From Octopus bimaculoides (Eukaryota), in the NCBI RefSeq assembly GCF_001194135.2, contig NC_068981.1:40778965-40842964 (forward strand): a stretch of DNA of 64,000 nucleotides. Direction: 5' to 3'. The notes beneath the pieces are model-generated. The model had not been told where the DNA came from. It saw nothing but the letters and a program-made list of their open reading frames with translations, and made no database searches. Made by a program: the position numbers and the translations under genes. Within the stretch, counting starts at the first letter, position 1, and every line of letters starts with the position of its first letter. Positions 24,937 to 38,447 of the stretch are shown here, one piece after another.

Positions 24937-25065
24937 ATGGCTACTACACTGAAAGAGATATGTGTTGGTCTTCCCCAAGATTTGCTTCCAGAAAACCGTC
25001 CTAGAGATTTTTCTGTTCCACATGCTCCAGTTCGAACACCCAAACTATCTAACGAAGAAAAGAAA
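24937..25065 (+). CDS. UROC1: UROC1 coding exon 1 (MATTLKEIC...PHAPVRTPKLSNEEKK)
   Basis: gacATGG start; AAA|gtcagt donor. Confidence 0.92.
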
Positions 25066-25160
25066 GTCAGTGATTAGTTTATTTATTTATTTATTTGTCT
25101 TTTATATAATTCCCTAAGAACTTACAGCCAATTTGTATTTGGTTAACACATTTCTCTCTT

Positions 25161-25214
<54 letters not shown>

Positions 25215-25464
25215 NNNNNNNNNNNNNNNNNNNNNNNNNNNNNNNNNNNNNNNNNNNNNNNNNNNNNNNNNNNNNNNNNNNNNNNNNNNNNNNNNNNNNN
25301 NNNNNNNNNNNNNNNNNNNNNNNNNNNNNNNNNNNNNNNNNNNNNNNNNNNNNNNNNNNNNNNNNNNNNNNNNNNNNNNNNNNNNNNNNNNNNNNNNNNN
25401 NNNNNNNNNNNNNNNNNNNNNNNNNNNNNNNNNNNNNNNNNNNNNNNNNNNNNNNNNNNNNNNN

Positions 25465-25508
<44 letters not shown>

Positions 25509-28500
25509 GGAATCTTATATGTATACCAGTCTGCCTAAGTAATGGATCTGCAAATACAATATCCCTACATATCTCACATCTATTTTCATTCCTTCACTCT
25601 CTATTTCGTATCTTATCTAAATTAACTATTGCTTAACCATCTTCTCACACCGCCTCCGATGAAGGGATATAATAAACATCCTGGAAACAGCTGTAATACC
25701 TATTTATAAATGTTCTAAAATCTACACAGGCTTGGTTTTTTTATCTCATTACAAAAAAATGTTTATATATATATATATATAAAATACCATTAAAATTAAT
25801 AATAATATCCTCGAAAATATATGTTAATACAACATTATCATGGTTATCCAAAATTAGTGAAATTGCAACTGAACATCTGAAAAAATTTACCAATTAATAA
25901 GCACTAACAAAAAGAAATGCCTAAATTGAATCCAGCTAGTAGTATTCAGTGCTCTAACTACACATCCATGTTAAGTTGGATATAAAGATTACCTTTTGGT
26001 ATTTATAATCTGTCACTAATAATTATATATATAAATATACAAATATATTTGTGTATTTCCTTCTGGTTTGCTGTTGTTTCATAGTAGAAGACTAAACTGG
26101 GAATACAGCCCAAATCTGAATCTGCAGTGTATTTCAGCAAAGATTTGAAAATATACAAGTTTCTTGCCTACCCTCTCTTTCTTAAAACAGTATATCAATT
26201 TCATTGCTTTTAGTATTTCTTATATAATAAACAGATAAAGCTTCTCACTTCATGTAAAAATATAATTTGTTAGTATCTGGACAGATCTTTATCTAAGATA
26301 TCTGACGAACCCACAATGCAGTAGGGGGCACAAAGAAAAGCAGCTCCAACCAACTCATAACTTCACCAGAAACAGTACAGAAAAAAAAATCAATCATACA
26401 GAAAGGTGGTGCTCTAGCATGGCCTCAGCCTCTAGCTGGATAAAAGATAACAAAATGTATATATATCATCATTATTTTATAGTTGTTTCTTCATGTTCAC
26501 ATGGTTTAGATTGTTCTTGCCACATTGTTTTGTCATTTCTTGTGGTCTTTTTCTCCTGCAGATTTGTTCTACTTTGTTTTGTTTTTTTCTTTTTCTAGTC
26601 ATGATAGTTCTTTGACCAAAATTCTATCCTCCATATGCACCACATGTCTGCACCAACTCAGTTTTCTATTTTGCACACATTTTACACTTAGCTCATTTGT
26701 GATCCATCATTTGTGATGCAGCCAGTCACCAGGGGGGCCACTCTAGACACTTTCATAGTAACCCATTGCCACTGGTCTTTGTTCTCTGTTATGCACAACA
26801 GGTTTGCAGTGTTGTGACCTGTCCAGTCCTTAATATTGTCAAACCAGAATTTTCTCTGTCTGCCTCTCTTTTGTCTTCCCTCAACTGTGTCCTGAAGAAT
26901 GGTTTTAGACAGGGAGTTGTGGCAAGATAAATGCCACAGTGCTAAAAACAGAATTTCTGGATTCACTTGTTAAAACTAGTTCTTTCTTAACTACATTTAA
27001 AGCTTCTTGGGTAAAAACATGCTTTTTTTTTCTACCAGAATATGAAGACATCATAATGAAGAAATGTCTGCTGTATCAGTTAACTTCTTTAGTCATAATA
27101 TAAACCTTGAACTTGCCAAATTATACTTCAAAAATAAAATTTCAGTATGCTGATATTTTGTCAGATTGTACCAGTTTTTGTTTAATAACATTTCTATATT
27201 CAATTAACCCTTGAAATTTCCTCGAAATTTAACTTATGCATATACATTATGTATTTTATATATTATGATTATTTCTACTAGCTAGCATTGCAGAATGCTT
27301 TACGATACTTTCCACCAAAATTTCACCAAGTCTTAGCACCAGAGTTTGCAGCAGAACTTCAAGACTATGGCCACATCTATATGTACCGCTTTCGTCCCAT
27401 CTTGAATATGAAGTAATCATTACTTTTATTAATTTCTTTTATTATATTTTTAATATGAAACAATTATTGTAATTAGGATACTGGATTACTAACAAAAGAT
27501 ACACAAAAACTGTTAAAATATATTTAAAAATAAATACATGTGCCCATAAATACACATATATACATTGATATCAGAAAGGTAGTGATAAATAAATATTGTT
27601 TAGTTAATCATCTTAATTTCAGCTGCTTAAAATTGATTACAAAATGCATTGATCATGATTTTAGTCACAAACTAAATAAAAACAAATCATAATTATAAAG
27701 TTTATAATAATTATATTAATTATAAATCATCATCATCATCATCATCGTTTAATGTCCGCTTTCCATGCTGGCATGGGTTGGACGGTTTGACTGAGGACTG
27801 GTGAGCCAGAGGCTGCACCAGGCTCAATCTGATCTGGCAAAGTTTCTACAGCTGGATGCCCTTCCTAATGCCAACCACTCCGAGAGTGTAGTGAGTGCTT
27901 TTTACGTGCCACCAGCATGAGGGCCAGTCAGGCGGTTCTGGCAACAACCACGCCCAAAAGGTGTTTTTACATGCCACCTACACGGGAGCCAGTCCGGCAG
28001 CACTGGCAACGACCACACTCGAATGTTGTTTTTCACATGCCACCAGTACATGTACCAGTAAGGCGATGCTGGCAATGATCACACTTGAATGGTGCTTTTC
28101 ACATGTCACTGGCACAAGAGCCAATCCATGGCCCTGGCAATGAGCACGCTCAGATATGCTTCTTTTAACATTCCATTGGCACGAGTGCCAATCAGACAGT
28201 ACTGTCATTGGCCACATCAGCGATTTTGATTTGTTTACACTTGCTTCAATAGGTCTTCACAAGCAAAGTTCATTGTCCAACGAATGAGGGGTACTCATAA
28301 GTGGGCCAGTTACACCCCACGACTACATGGTTAGGAAACAAGCTTCTTAACCACTGGGTTTGTGTGTGTGTATGTATGTTGGTGAAGGATTACCAATACA
28401 TTGGTGCATCGAACAAAAATACACTGTGGTATTTTTTCTGCCTGAGTAATGTTCTTTTATACTGTCAAGGTCATAGCTATCAATTAAATAAGTATCAAAG

Positions 28501-31500
28501 TACTACTGTCATTACGATTCACAAAAAATCTTTGAATGCAGTGCCCCAGACTGACTGCCAAGCAAAGTCTGAAACAAATAAAAGAATAAGTGAATAAATG
28601 AATACATATTAAATCTAAAAACGAGATTATATAACTACTATTGTTTGTTGTTTTCTTTTCTCCTTCCGCCCACCTTCTGTATGAAGGGCATACCCGATTA
28701 GAGAATATCCTGCAAAATGTCTCCAAGCTGCTGCCATCATGCACATGATTATGAACAACCTGAATCCAGAAGTTGCACAGTTTCCTCATGAACTTGTTAC
28801 TTATGGAGGTAATGGACAAGTATTTTCCAACTGGGTTCAGGTGAGTATATTGAATAAGTATTTCTCCTATTTATTCATTTCTGTTTCACTTTCTAATTTT
28901 GCCATTATTTATTTATTCTTGTCAAATGAGTGAATGACTGAATAATCTGTATAGAATATTACTTGTACCAAACGAAATATAATTAAAAAGACTAAACAGA
29001 AATAGGATGAACAAATAAGAAATTATATGTATACATGTTGTTGTTGCTTAGTACTTGGTTCTCAAAGTTATATTGTAAAGAACAATCATCACATTCCTGT
29101 GAAATGAACCAAGAAAATATAAAGACTGTGAGAATGTTTTCTATAATTTCTCAATGCTGTGAAAGAGTGACACTTTTTGATCAGCTGTTCTTCAATAATT
29201 CATACCAAACAGGTCTGAAGAAGTTGCGAGATATACACCATTCTCTTATGTTTATCAGTTTTAATTAATTTAACCAATGAAACTAAAGTGTTTCTTTTCT
29301 ATTTGTAGTTTCTGTTAGTTATGTATTATTTGTCTAATATGACTGAAGAACAAACACTTGTGATGTATTCTGGACACCCGATGGGATTGTTTCCGAGCAA
29401 CAATTCAGCACCTAGAATGATTATAACCAATGGAATGGTAAGAAATCCACAGAGATAAATTAATTTAAAAGTTTTTATTATTCTAAACTGAGGAACCTGA
29501 GGTTCAATAAGATGCCATTTATATGTTTGCCTCATTGCTACAATTTAGAGTTGTGCCAATCTGTTTATATGAGTTCAATTCCTTCTCTTCAATGAAAATT
29601 TGGAACAGATGAATGAACAACTAATGAAGCAATTATAGGTAATAAGGTTTGAAAAAAAATAAGGCAGCATGCACTTGATCCACAGAGCTTCACTCAATAA
29701 TACACATTATGTTTCATTTCTTTCTATTGTCAGAACATCACTGAAAGCTTCTATATTCAGAAGCAATCATATGTGCTCCTGCACACAATCTATTCCTCAA
29801 CCAGACCTCTCCACAACCCATCTTCCCAACACCCCCTTCCTTCCACCTTGCTCACCAAGCGCTGCACTTCCCCCACCCTTGCTCACCAAATGCTTCACTT
29901 CCCCTCACTCACTTTCCCTCATGTACCTACCTGCACATAACATTCCCCCATTGAATCTCTTCCCCAAAGCATATTTCCTCCTCTCTTCCCACTCTCCCCC
30001 TGCCTGAGGTAGCCATGTTTCCTGTCTAGTGCAAGACTCCTTTTTCTGTCTCTCAACACTACCCAACCACCCTCAATTGAGGGGTTAGTCATACAAATTA
30101 CTTGGTGACCTCACTGCTGCTGCTGCTGGTGCTATGTAAAAGCACTCACTACACTCTATAAAGTGATTGGTATTAGGAAGGGCAACCAACCATAGAAACC
30201 ATACCAAAGCAATCAGCAGGGATTCTGAAGTCTTCTGACTTTCCAGTTCCTGTTCGACCATTCAACCTTTGCCTGGATGTTAAATGATGATGGTGTACTA
30301 ATTCTCTTCCTATTTCTTTTGCGTATTTGTTTCCATAAGAAGATTCTATATCTTTCTTGGTTTTTCTTAACTTCCAAATTATCCAACATCCATTACTTCT
30401 CTCAAACTGTATAATTAGACCATTTGAGATGTTTTAGTAACAGACCATCGTCAGCGCCACAACTTAAAAACCAAGAAAAACGCAGTTGAAGTTTCACAAC
30501 TTTCAGAATGCGATATCTCTACAAGGAATGAAATTAGGAAGCTGGTTTTGGTCTTAAAATGACTGTGAAGACTTCCTCTAATCATTCCACCTATGTAGAA
30601 TTATTTATTTATGCATGCATCTGAAACAATGACTATGTCTTTCTCATTTTACAGTTCTATAGTTAAGAGATGAGGAATTATGAGCATTATTTACATTATT
30701 TACATTTGACAGATATTTGTCTTCATCTTGTTTGTTGTTAACACAATGTTTCGGCTGCTATACCCTCCAGCCTTCATCAGATGAGGACAAATATCCGTCA
30801 AATGTAAATAATGTAAATAATGTAAATAATGCTTTCTCGTTTTGTAGAATATACCAGTACTATGAAACGGTGTATCATAGTACCAGTATATTTTAGCCAT
30901 AATACCTAGAAAAAACATACAGAAACCCCCAGGTATTGTTTGTGTGTTAATATACCAAGGTATCTTTAAGAGATAAGTAAGACAAGATAGTAAGATAATA
31001 GCCTATTATCATTACGATAGTAACAAGGAATATTAGAAAATGAGCCATAACACCTTGAAAAACGATACAGGGGCCATACCAAAGTTATTGATTGAGCATG
31101 TGTACTTACGATCGTGTGTTACTAAACTCTCTGGTCTGAGTTCAGGTGAACAAACACCTTGTCAATAGCGTCGAGATACAATTTTTTCAGCTGGATTTTC
31201 AACCTTATTGCAAGCCTCATTGGTTCTTCTTCCCAACTTTTTCAGATTCTAGACGTTGAGATAAAGAAAATGATATACTAACCTCGAAAATGGCCAGGGT
31301 GGCACTTATGGCACTCTATTACAAAACACCTCATTTATCAAAAGAACTTAAACAAAGAAAATACTATAGCTAAATCATAGAAAAAAACATTAAGCTTCAA
31401 CTCAACACTCATAGTCTATATTTAACCCCTTTTATATAAACCTACCTGTGATTGCTCTTATTCTCCAATACAATACCTCACATTTTAAAGCATAAAAATT

Positions 31501-32477
31501 ATAACCTTTCATCATAATGCTATGTAAAAAAAGTTTTTTGTTAAGATATGTTCTAAATATTTGCTTAATGATGAAAATTAAGTCATTTTACTGTCCCTCC
31601 AAAACTTTGATTGTTAACAAAATTAGCTGAAAAACAGAAGTAGCATATTGTAAGAAATAATGGGCAAATAAACACTGAAAGAGTTTACAACTAAAACAGA
31701 TATATCTAATACATGACCCTTCGTTATTTCCACAGAATACCAATGTTCCAACACTTGATTCAATTTTAACTTAATGTCTTCTTTGTATCCCTATTAGATG
31801 ATCCCAAATTATTCAAGCAAAGAAATATATGACAAACTATTTGCTTTAGGAGTGACAATGTGAGTATTTTTTCTATTCTTTTCATTTTTCAGGAAAATAC
31901 CTGAACATATCTGATGCAGTATCAATTTCTATGCTCTGTAAAAAGCCTGAATTATTGCAAGACTCTACATAGTTGCTTAATCTACAACAAATAGCAGCCA
32001 AATATCTCTCAATAAGCACCCTGCTACTGAGGTGTGATTCCTTTATATTTTTGAAAGCAACATTAAATGAAGTCCAAGTCATTGGCTATTCAAAATTGTC
32101 CAGTCATAAACAACAAAGAACAAACTCAAAGTAGAATGTCAATCTTTAATATGATAAATATATCCATCCACTCTATCCAATCACTACACAAAATTTAATC
32201 AAAATATGTATAGAAAAAAAGTATTTCAAATATTATGAATATTAATGTGAGAAATAAACATGTAAACTGGTCTTTTAATGATGTGTATGATCCACTAGGG
32301 ATTCTCCTGGCCACTTGAGAAAATCTATTTCTCATGCACTGTCCATGTATATTGCTCCTGCACAGCTACCATATGCAAAGTCTTGCTCTGTCAGCCTCCC
32401 TGTGATTTCTTTGCACCCCTTGTATGTCCATAGTTTGTGTTGGGTACACTATGTGAAATTTCTATCAACTCTCTCGC

Positions 32478-32565
<88 letters not shown>

Positions 32566-34383
32566 CTATTCACTATACACACACACACTCACACACATCA
32601 AATGTTAGCTGTCATTGGATATTCAAAATTATCCAGTCAATGTTACCTGTCACTGGCTTCAAAATTGTCCAGTCATGAACAACAATGAACAAACTCAAAG
32701 TAGAATGTCAATCTTTAATATAATAAATATATACATCCACTCTACCCAATTTAATGAGTGAAAAACCCAGCCATCTGTGAAGGTGGCAACTCACCATGCA
32801 CTCACCAACAATAAAGAATTATCTATACTTTTTCCAAGGTATGGACAAATGACTGCTGGGAGTTATTGCTATATTGGCCCTCAAGGAATTGTACATGGTA
32901 CAACAGTAAGTATCATTAGATTATTTTATCTTAACTGTTAATTAATTACAGCCTACTACTGGATCTAGTTGGTTTGGCTGCCAGCATTTCAAAAATTAAA
33001 ATTTATTGAAAATTTTAAAATTTGGCATATTAATTTACTTTTCCAAGCTACATTGCAAGAGTTATTTCACTTTTTCCAGAAAAATATTTTAAAAAGTTAT
33101 GGAGGTTTAAAGTTTGATCATTTTCACCCAGTCAAGAAACAGGATTTGGAAGCTGTCATTTTGTGCGTAACTGAACATGTTGTCAACATTCTGAAAATAG
33201 AACATGCTTTTATATGAAACTGTAAACAAATCAAATTCTGCTTAACGTATGACATATAACCGCTCATAACTTTTTTGAAATTTGGAATTTTCAGAAAATT
33301 TTTGTGAATTTGTACTCTACGCATGGGAATTATGAACAATTATGCAAGAAATTTTTAATGGGGTGGGGCATGGTTTAAGGCCTATTTAGCTGTTATTTTT
33401 AGCACATCTCTCGACCAGGGTACAAACAACAGATGGACACAAGCAACAGATGAGCACAAGTAACAGAACACAGCATCAACGCACGTGACATCACATAGAA
33501 TATATTTGTCAACACAGCTTCTCGCTGGCTAAATTACCCAAAATTTTCAAACTTTAATTGCTAATAACTCTTTATTTATTGATTTATAGCGAAAATGATT
33601 TTCACATCATTCATTAGCCAATAAAAGTGTATAATTACACTGAATATGAAATCAAATCAAACAGAAATTGATGCTGGCAGCCAAACCAACTAGATCTCTA
33701 ATGATCTGTACCATTGAGATATATAGTATTGATATGTGCATCCACAGATGACAGAAAAAAATTCCCTTAACTTTAGCTGGATTAGAACACTTAGTCTACA
33801 CTTTACATTGAACATTAATTACTTTTACCCCCAAAAGGGAAAACAAAATCAACAACCAAATGGAAAGCAAAAGGAAAAAGAGAATGACATAATGAGTGAA
33901 AGACATAAACAGTACTAGATTATTGCTAGAAAATCTTGAGACCTCAGTCTATATCAAGAATTAAATGTGCAAGAGTGTTTGTCCCTATTTCTGACTATAT
34001 CTTTATAGTCAGAAATAGGGACAAACACTCTTGGTTTTAGCTAGTGTCCACATGTGGGATCTGGCTACATAGTAGAATAATTTTACAGCTCAACAAATGT
34101 TAGTTTCTTCCTTACCATGCTAATGGTCAACAATGGGAAAGCATTCTTCCAATAAAAAAGAAAAAAAATTAGTTTTGCAGAAAGTATCCAACTTATTGCT
34201 ATTGGAATTTTTAATTGCTCCTTGGTTTCATTTAATTTCATCTGCCCACTTATAATTCATGCATAAACTGGAAAACCATAACATTGGTTTAAATCATTAT
34301 AGATGCTGGATAAAATAAGAGCAAAGCAAAAACCTTATTCTTAACTTGATTTGAGCTTCCTCCAGCAATGAAGACATTCTCTC

Positions 34384-34442
<59 letters not shown>

Positions 34443-37340
34443 NNNNNNNNNNTCAGTAAGTGTTATTTCTTATTTACTTCTATCTAGAAATCTAAGGAAA
34501 TTACTTCTATTCCCTTCAAACTTCGCTTTTGTGACCTGGACATCAATGCTTTAAAACTGACTTATTTTCTGTTACTGACCTATTTTCTGTGAAACAGAAA
34601 TATCATTATAGCAAACATTCTGCTCAATACCACAGATCTGCTTGTTAATTGCTTGACTTTAACCACTTGAACATACCCTTTAGCGGCTGACAATATGTGC
34701 ATCTCTGATCATGAGCAGGAGTAGTGGTGGAGCATCATAGCAATGTGTTGAAAGAGATTCTTTGAAGTTTGAATAATTGTAACAAAAGCAAAGTTTGAAG
34801 GAAATATTAGCTATTTTTCATACTTTCAAGAGATTAACAAATTGGAAATAACAGTTGCTACCCAAGGACAAAAGTCATGTTACACAGTGTTATGATTCTC
34901 ATTCATTCAGTTTCTTAAAAAAATTCTTAATATATGGTCTTTCATTTAAATCTTCTTGTTTTAGCTGACATTACTCAATGCTGCTCGTATGTATTTAAAA
35001 ACTGATGATCTTTCTGGAAAGGTAAGATTTCAATATACAGTATTCCCTCACCATATCCCGGTTTATTATTTAAGCTTATGCCAATTTCTCCATGGTTTTG
35101 TTTTGCATTTATAATAAAATAAATATATTCAAATTATAAAAATAATAAAAAATATACAGTATTGTTTCTACTTCGTGGATTCTCACCTATTGCGGGGTGT
35201 TGGGGGTGTAACACCTGCGATAGTCGAGAGATTACTGTATTCACTTTTTTTAACTATAGTATTACCATGATAACAATAATTGCTGATGTCTCTTTGTGTT
35301 ATAAATACTAGTCCAAATATATGCATTAACCAGTATCTTCATAATTTTGAATTCAAATTCTGCTTGAATCAACTGAACACCAAACCCTTCAAGATAAATG
35401 ATTGAATTATTAACTGATAAATTTCATCAGCATTCAAACCTCAGCCCGTATCAGATTAAATTCCCCAATATCTTGGTTCTATATCTTGGTTATCTATCTT
35501 CAATGTCGCAAGATTAATTATGCAAATATAAGCTGAGTTATGAGATGAAATAATTCAGGAATATATTACTGTGTTGCTACAGATACAAATATCCCAGAAC
35601 ACATCCCAACATAAAAAAAGATAATTTGCTTGATTATCAATTACACAGTCACCAACATACTACCACCCCTAACTCACACATTTTTACTATCTCTACCTTA
35701 TGTTTTAATACTACAATACCTTTGCTTCATCTGAAGTAGATAGTAATAAACCACCTCCATTATCCTTACTGCCTCACTTCCCAGAACATATACTAAACAC
35801 TTTGCCTTCATTGCTACAAGCTAGTGTACTCTCCCAGCTACATCCACTGGCCTACAGGCATACGTTGAAAGCAGGTACATACTAAAAGAAGGGAAATGCC
35901 CAAAGCAGGTCCATTCACCCAAGTTATTATCATCATTTTCATCACTTTTTAGCAAATTTATTAAATGGCAGCACCTCCCTCCAGCACCATCATTCTTTCC
36001 AAGCTGAACTTTAAGAAGATGATGAGAACTTGGACAAAGAGGAAAGTGTTTATATTAAGTTTCTTCAGTTCTATCTAAAATTCTATCACTTTCTCCATTG
36101 TCACAAAGCAGAGGAAAATTGTTTGTCAAATGAAGGTGGAGGAGTGACCCTCAAGATGGCTTCAGTTTTTAATTGGATAATTCTGATAGTAGCAACAGCT
36201 GTTCAATATAACTCTACAAGTCATCAATACCTGGACACTGAATGAGTACTTACAGAACAATTTCATCACTCTGCACATATCTTGATGTAATGACCCAACT
36301 CCATCTTTCAAATTCCAACTCTGGTGCATATGTCAAAATTATAATGATCATTTTTTTTTTCTACTCTTGGCACAAGACCTGAAACTTTTTTTCAGTAGAA
36401 ACTAATGAATAAAGAAATCAAACTACATAAACAAACAGCAGCAAAACTGTTCAGAAATTAAATAACGCTAACATATTAAGTAACAATAATAAATTTAATT
36501 TATCCTCGACAATTTTTAGTTTTACCAATTTTGAATATATTGCTCCAGCTTAAAACCTCTTACCTACTTGACAATTGCATTTCTAGCTCTGCCTTGAAGG
36601 AAGCTTTACTTCTTGAACTCACATTTTTGTGCACAACGATGCTGCTAAACCTCCATTAACAGCACCATATGCAGGTCCTCTCCATTTTCTTTCACACACA
36701 GATAATTTTTTCACTGTAGACCTTAATGGTCATAAAGACACTATATCAGTGGATGGACCAAAAAATGCCTTCATAGAGAAAACTTTCCCTGTACCCACTG
36801 CAGATGACACACACACAGCATTACAAACATGGCCCACACACCCACCTTCACATTCTAGGACTACCATTGGGATGGATCAGGTACCAGATAAGGATTCTGG
36901 ATTATTTTTCCAGTTTTTTTACTTAATTTTTGAGAGCAGTTGGGTTCATTTTTAGTATTCTCATTTAGTATTCTCGTTTGAAAAAATGTGGCACCTCAAG
37001 GAGACTACCGTACCAGTGATTGTAGGATCTCTAGGAATGATTAAAAAAAGTACTGAAACCTATTTGAAAATGATACCAGGCTTACCATCCCTACAGGAAG
37101 TGCAAAAAATCGTGTTAACTGGAATGACTCATGTACTGAGAAGAGCATTATCGCTGTGAAAACAACATCCATTCATGAATTTTTTTTTTATTTATTAATT
37201 TTTTTTTTAATACATATTTTGCCTGTGAATTTGCGTGTGTAAATTGGGAATGCATACAATGAGTTTCTCTGCCCGAGGTGTACGGAAAACACTCGGCGAG
37301 AAATGGAAGAAAATTTGAAGAAAGAAGAAACAAAAAAAAA

Positions 37341-37375
<35 letters not shown>

Positions 37376-38395
37376 GTTGAAGTGAAGACCAAATATATAG
37401 TGTGTGTGTTTAATTGGCAAAATATGACCATCCTCAAGTATAACGATTACTATTATTACATGTTATGTATTATGACTATTACTATTTCCAACAGGTATTT
37501 GTCACATCTGGCTTGGGAGGCATGAGTGGGGCACAGGCAAAAGCAGCAGTTATTGCAGGTTGTGTTGGAGTTGTAGCTGAGGTGGGTATATTATAATTCA
37601 AACTTTAACTCTTACAATCAACTTCAAATGTTAATGATGTGTCTAACAGCAATCAATAGCTGGCCTTCTAATTGTGTGATTTGTGTCTCAATATGGTATT
37701 GATGCTATTATTAAACACAGTATGGTATTTGTATTATGTTTGCATTTGTCTAACCACTTCTTGACAACTGGTGTTGATTTGTCTACTCGCTATAACTTAG
37801 CAGTTTGGTAAAAGAGGCCAATAAACAAATAGAATAAGCACAAAAATGTTTTAATGTCCTGGGGTCAGTTGTTCAACTAAACCTTTTGAGGTAGTGCCCT
37901 TGCATAGCTGCAATTCAATTACTGAAACAAGTAAAATATAGACGATTTGTACTCTAAAGAGATGGTTTAGTCAAAGCTAGAATTTCCTTTTATCATAAGT
38001 TTATTAAATCAGTCTGATTTTGTACTAAACAATATCAATTTATATTATATTATGAATTGTTCTTATGTGTTTCCCAAAAACATACCTGTTAATTGATATG
38101 ACAGTGCCTACTGATAGAAACATCTCAACAAAGGGATTTAAAAAGCTTTCAAAATATAAGGACCTTGAGATTGAGATATCCAGGACGTGGCAATTAAAAA
38201 CCCTGGGAATGATAAAGAAGGGTAATGACAAATTTTTTGGCCGTATCCCTGGGAAACCAACAGTCCATGAGACTCAAAAAATTATGTTGACATCAACTGC
38301 TCACATTCTCGGGAAGTTTCTTTCCATCTAATATATACGTGCCTTAGGTCTTTGGTTGAGACTCGGCTGGAAGATGAAATAAAATGCAATTCAAT

Positions 38396-38447
<52 letters not shown>

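Noticed and set aside
17310-24937. EXOC5-UROC1 adjacency as a functional cluster
   Set aside because: No shared pathway (vesicle tethering versus histidine catabolism) and no evidence beyond proximity
29780-30070. C-rich segment and 112-aa P/S/L-rich ORF 29669..30007
   Set aside because: Low-complexity, with an internal ~31-bp duplication; likely a retroelement remnant that I could not classify
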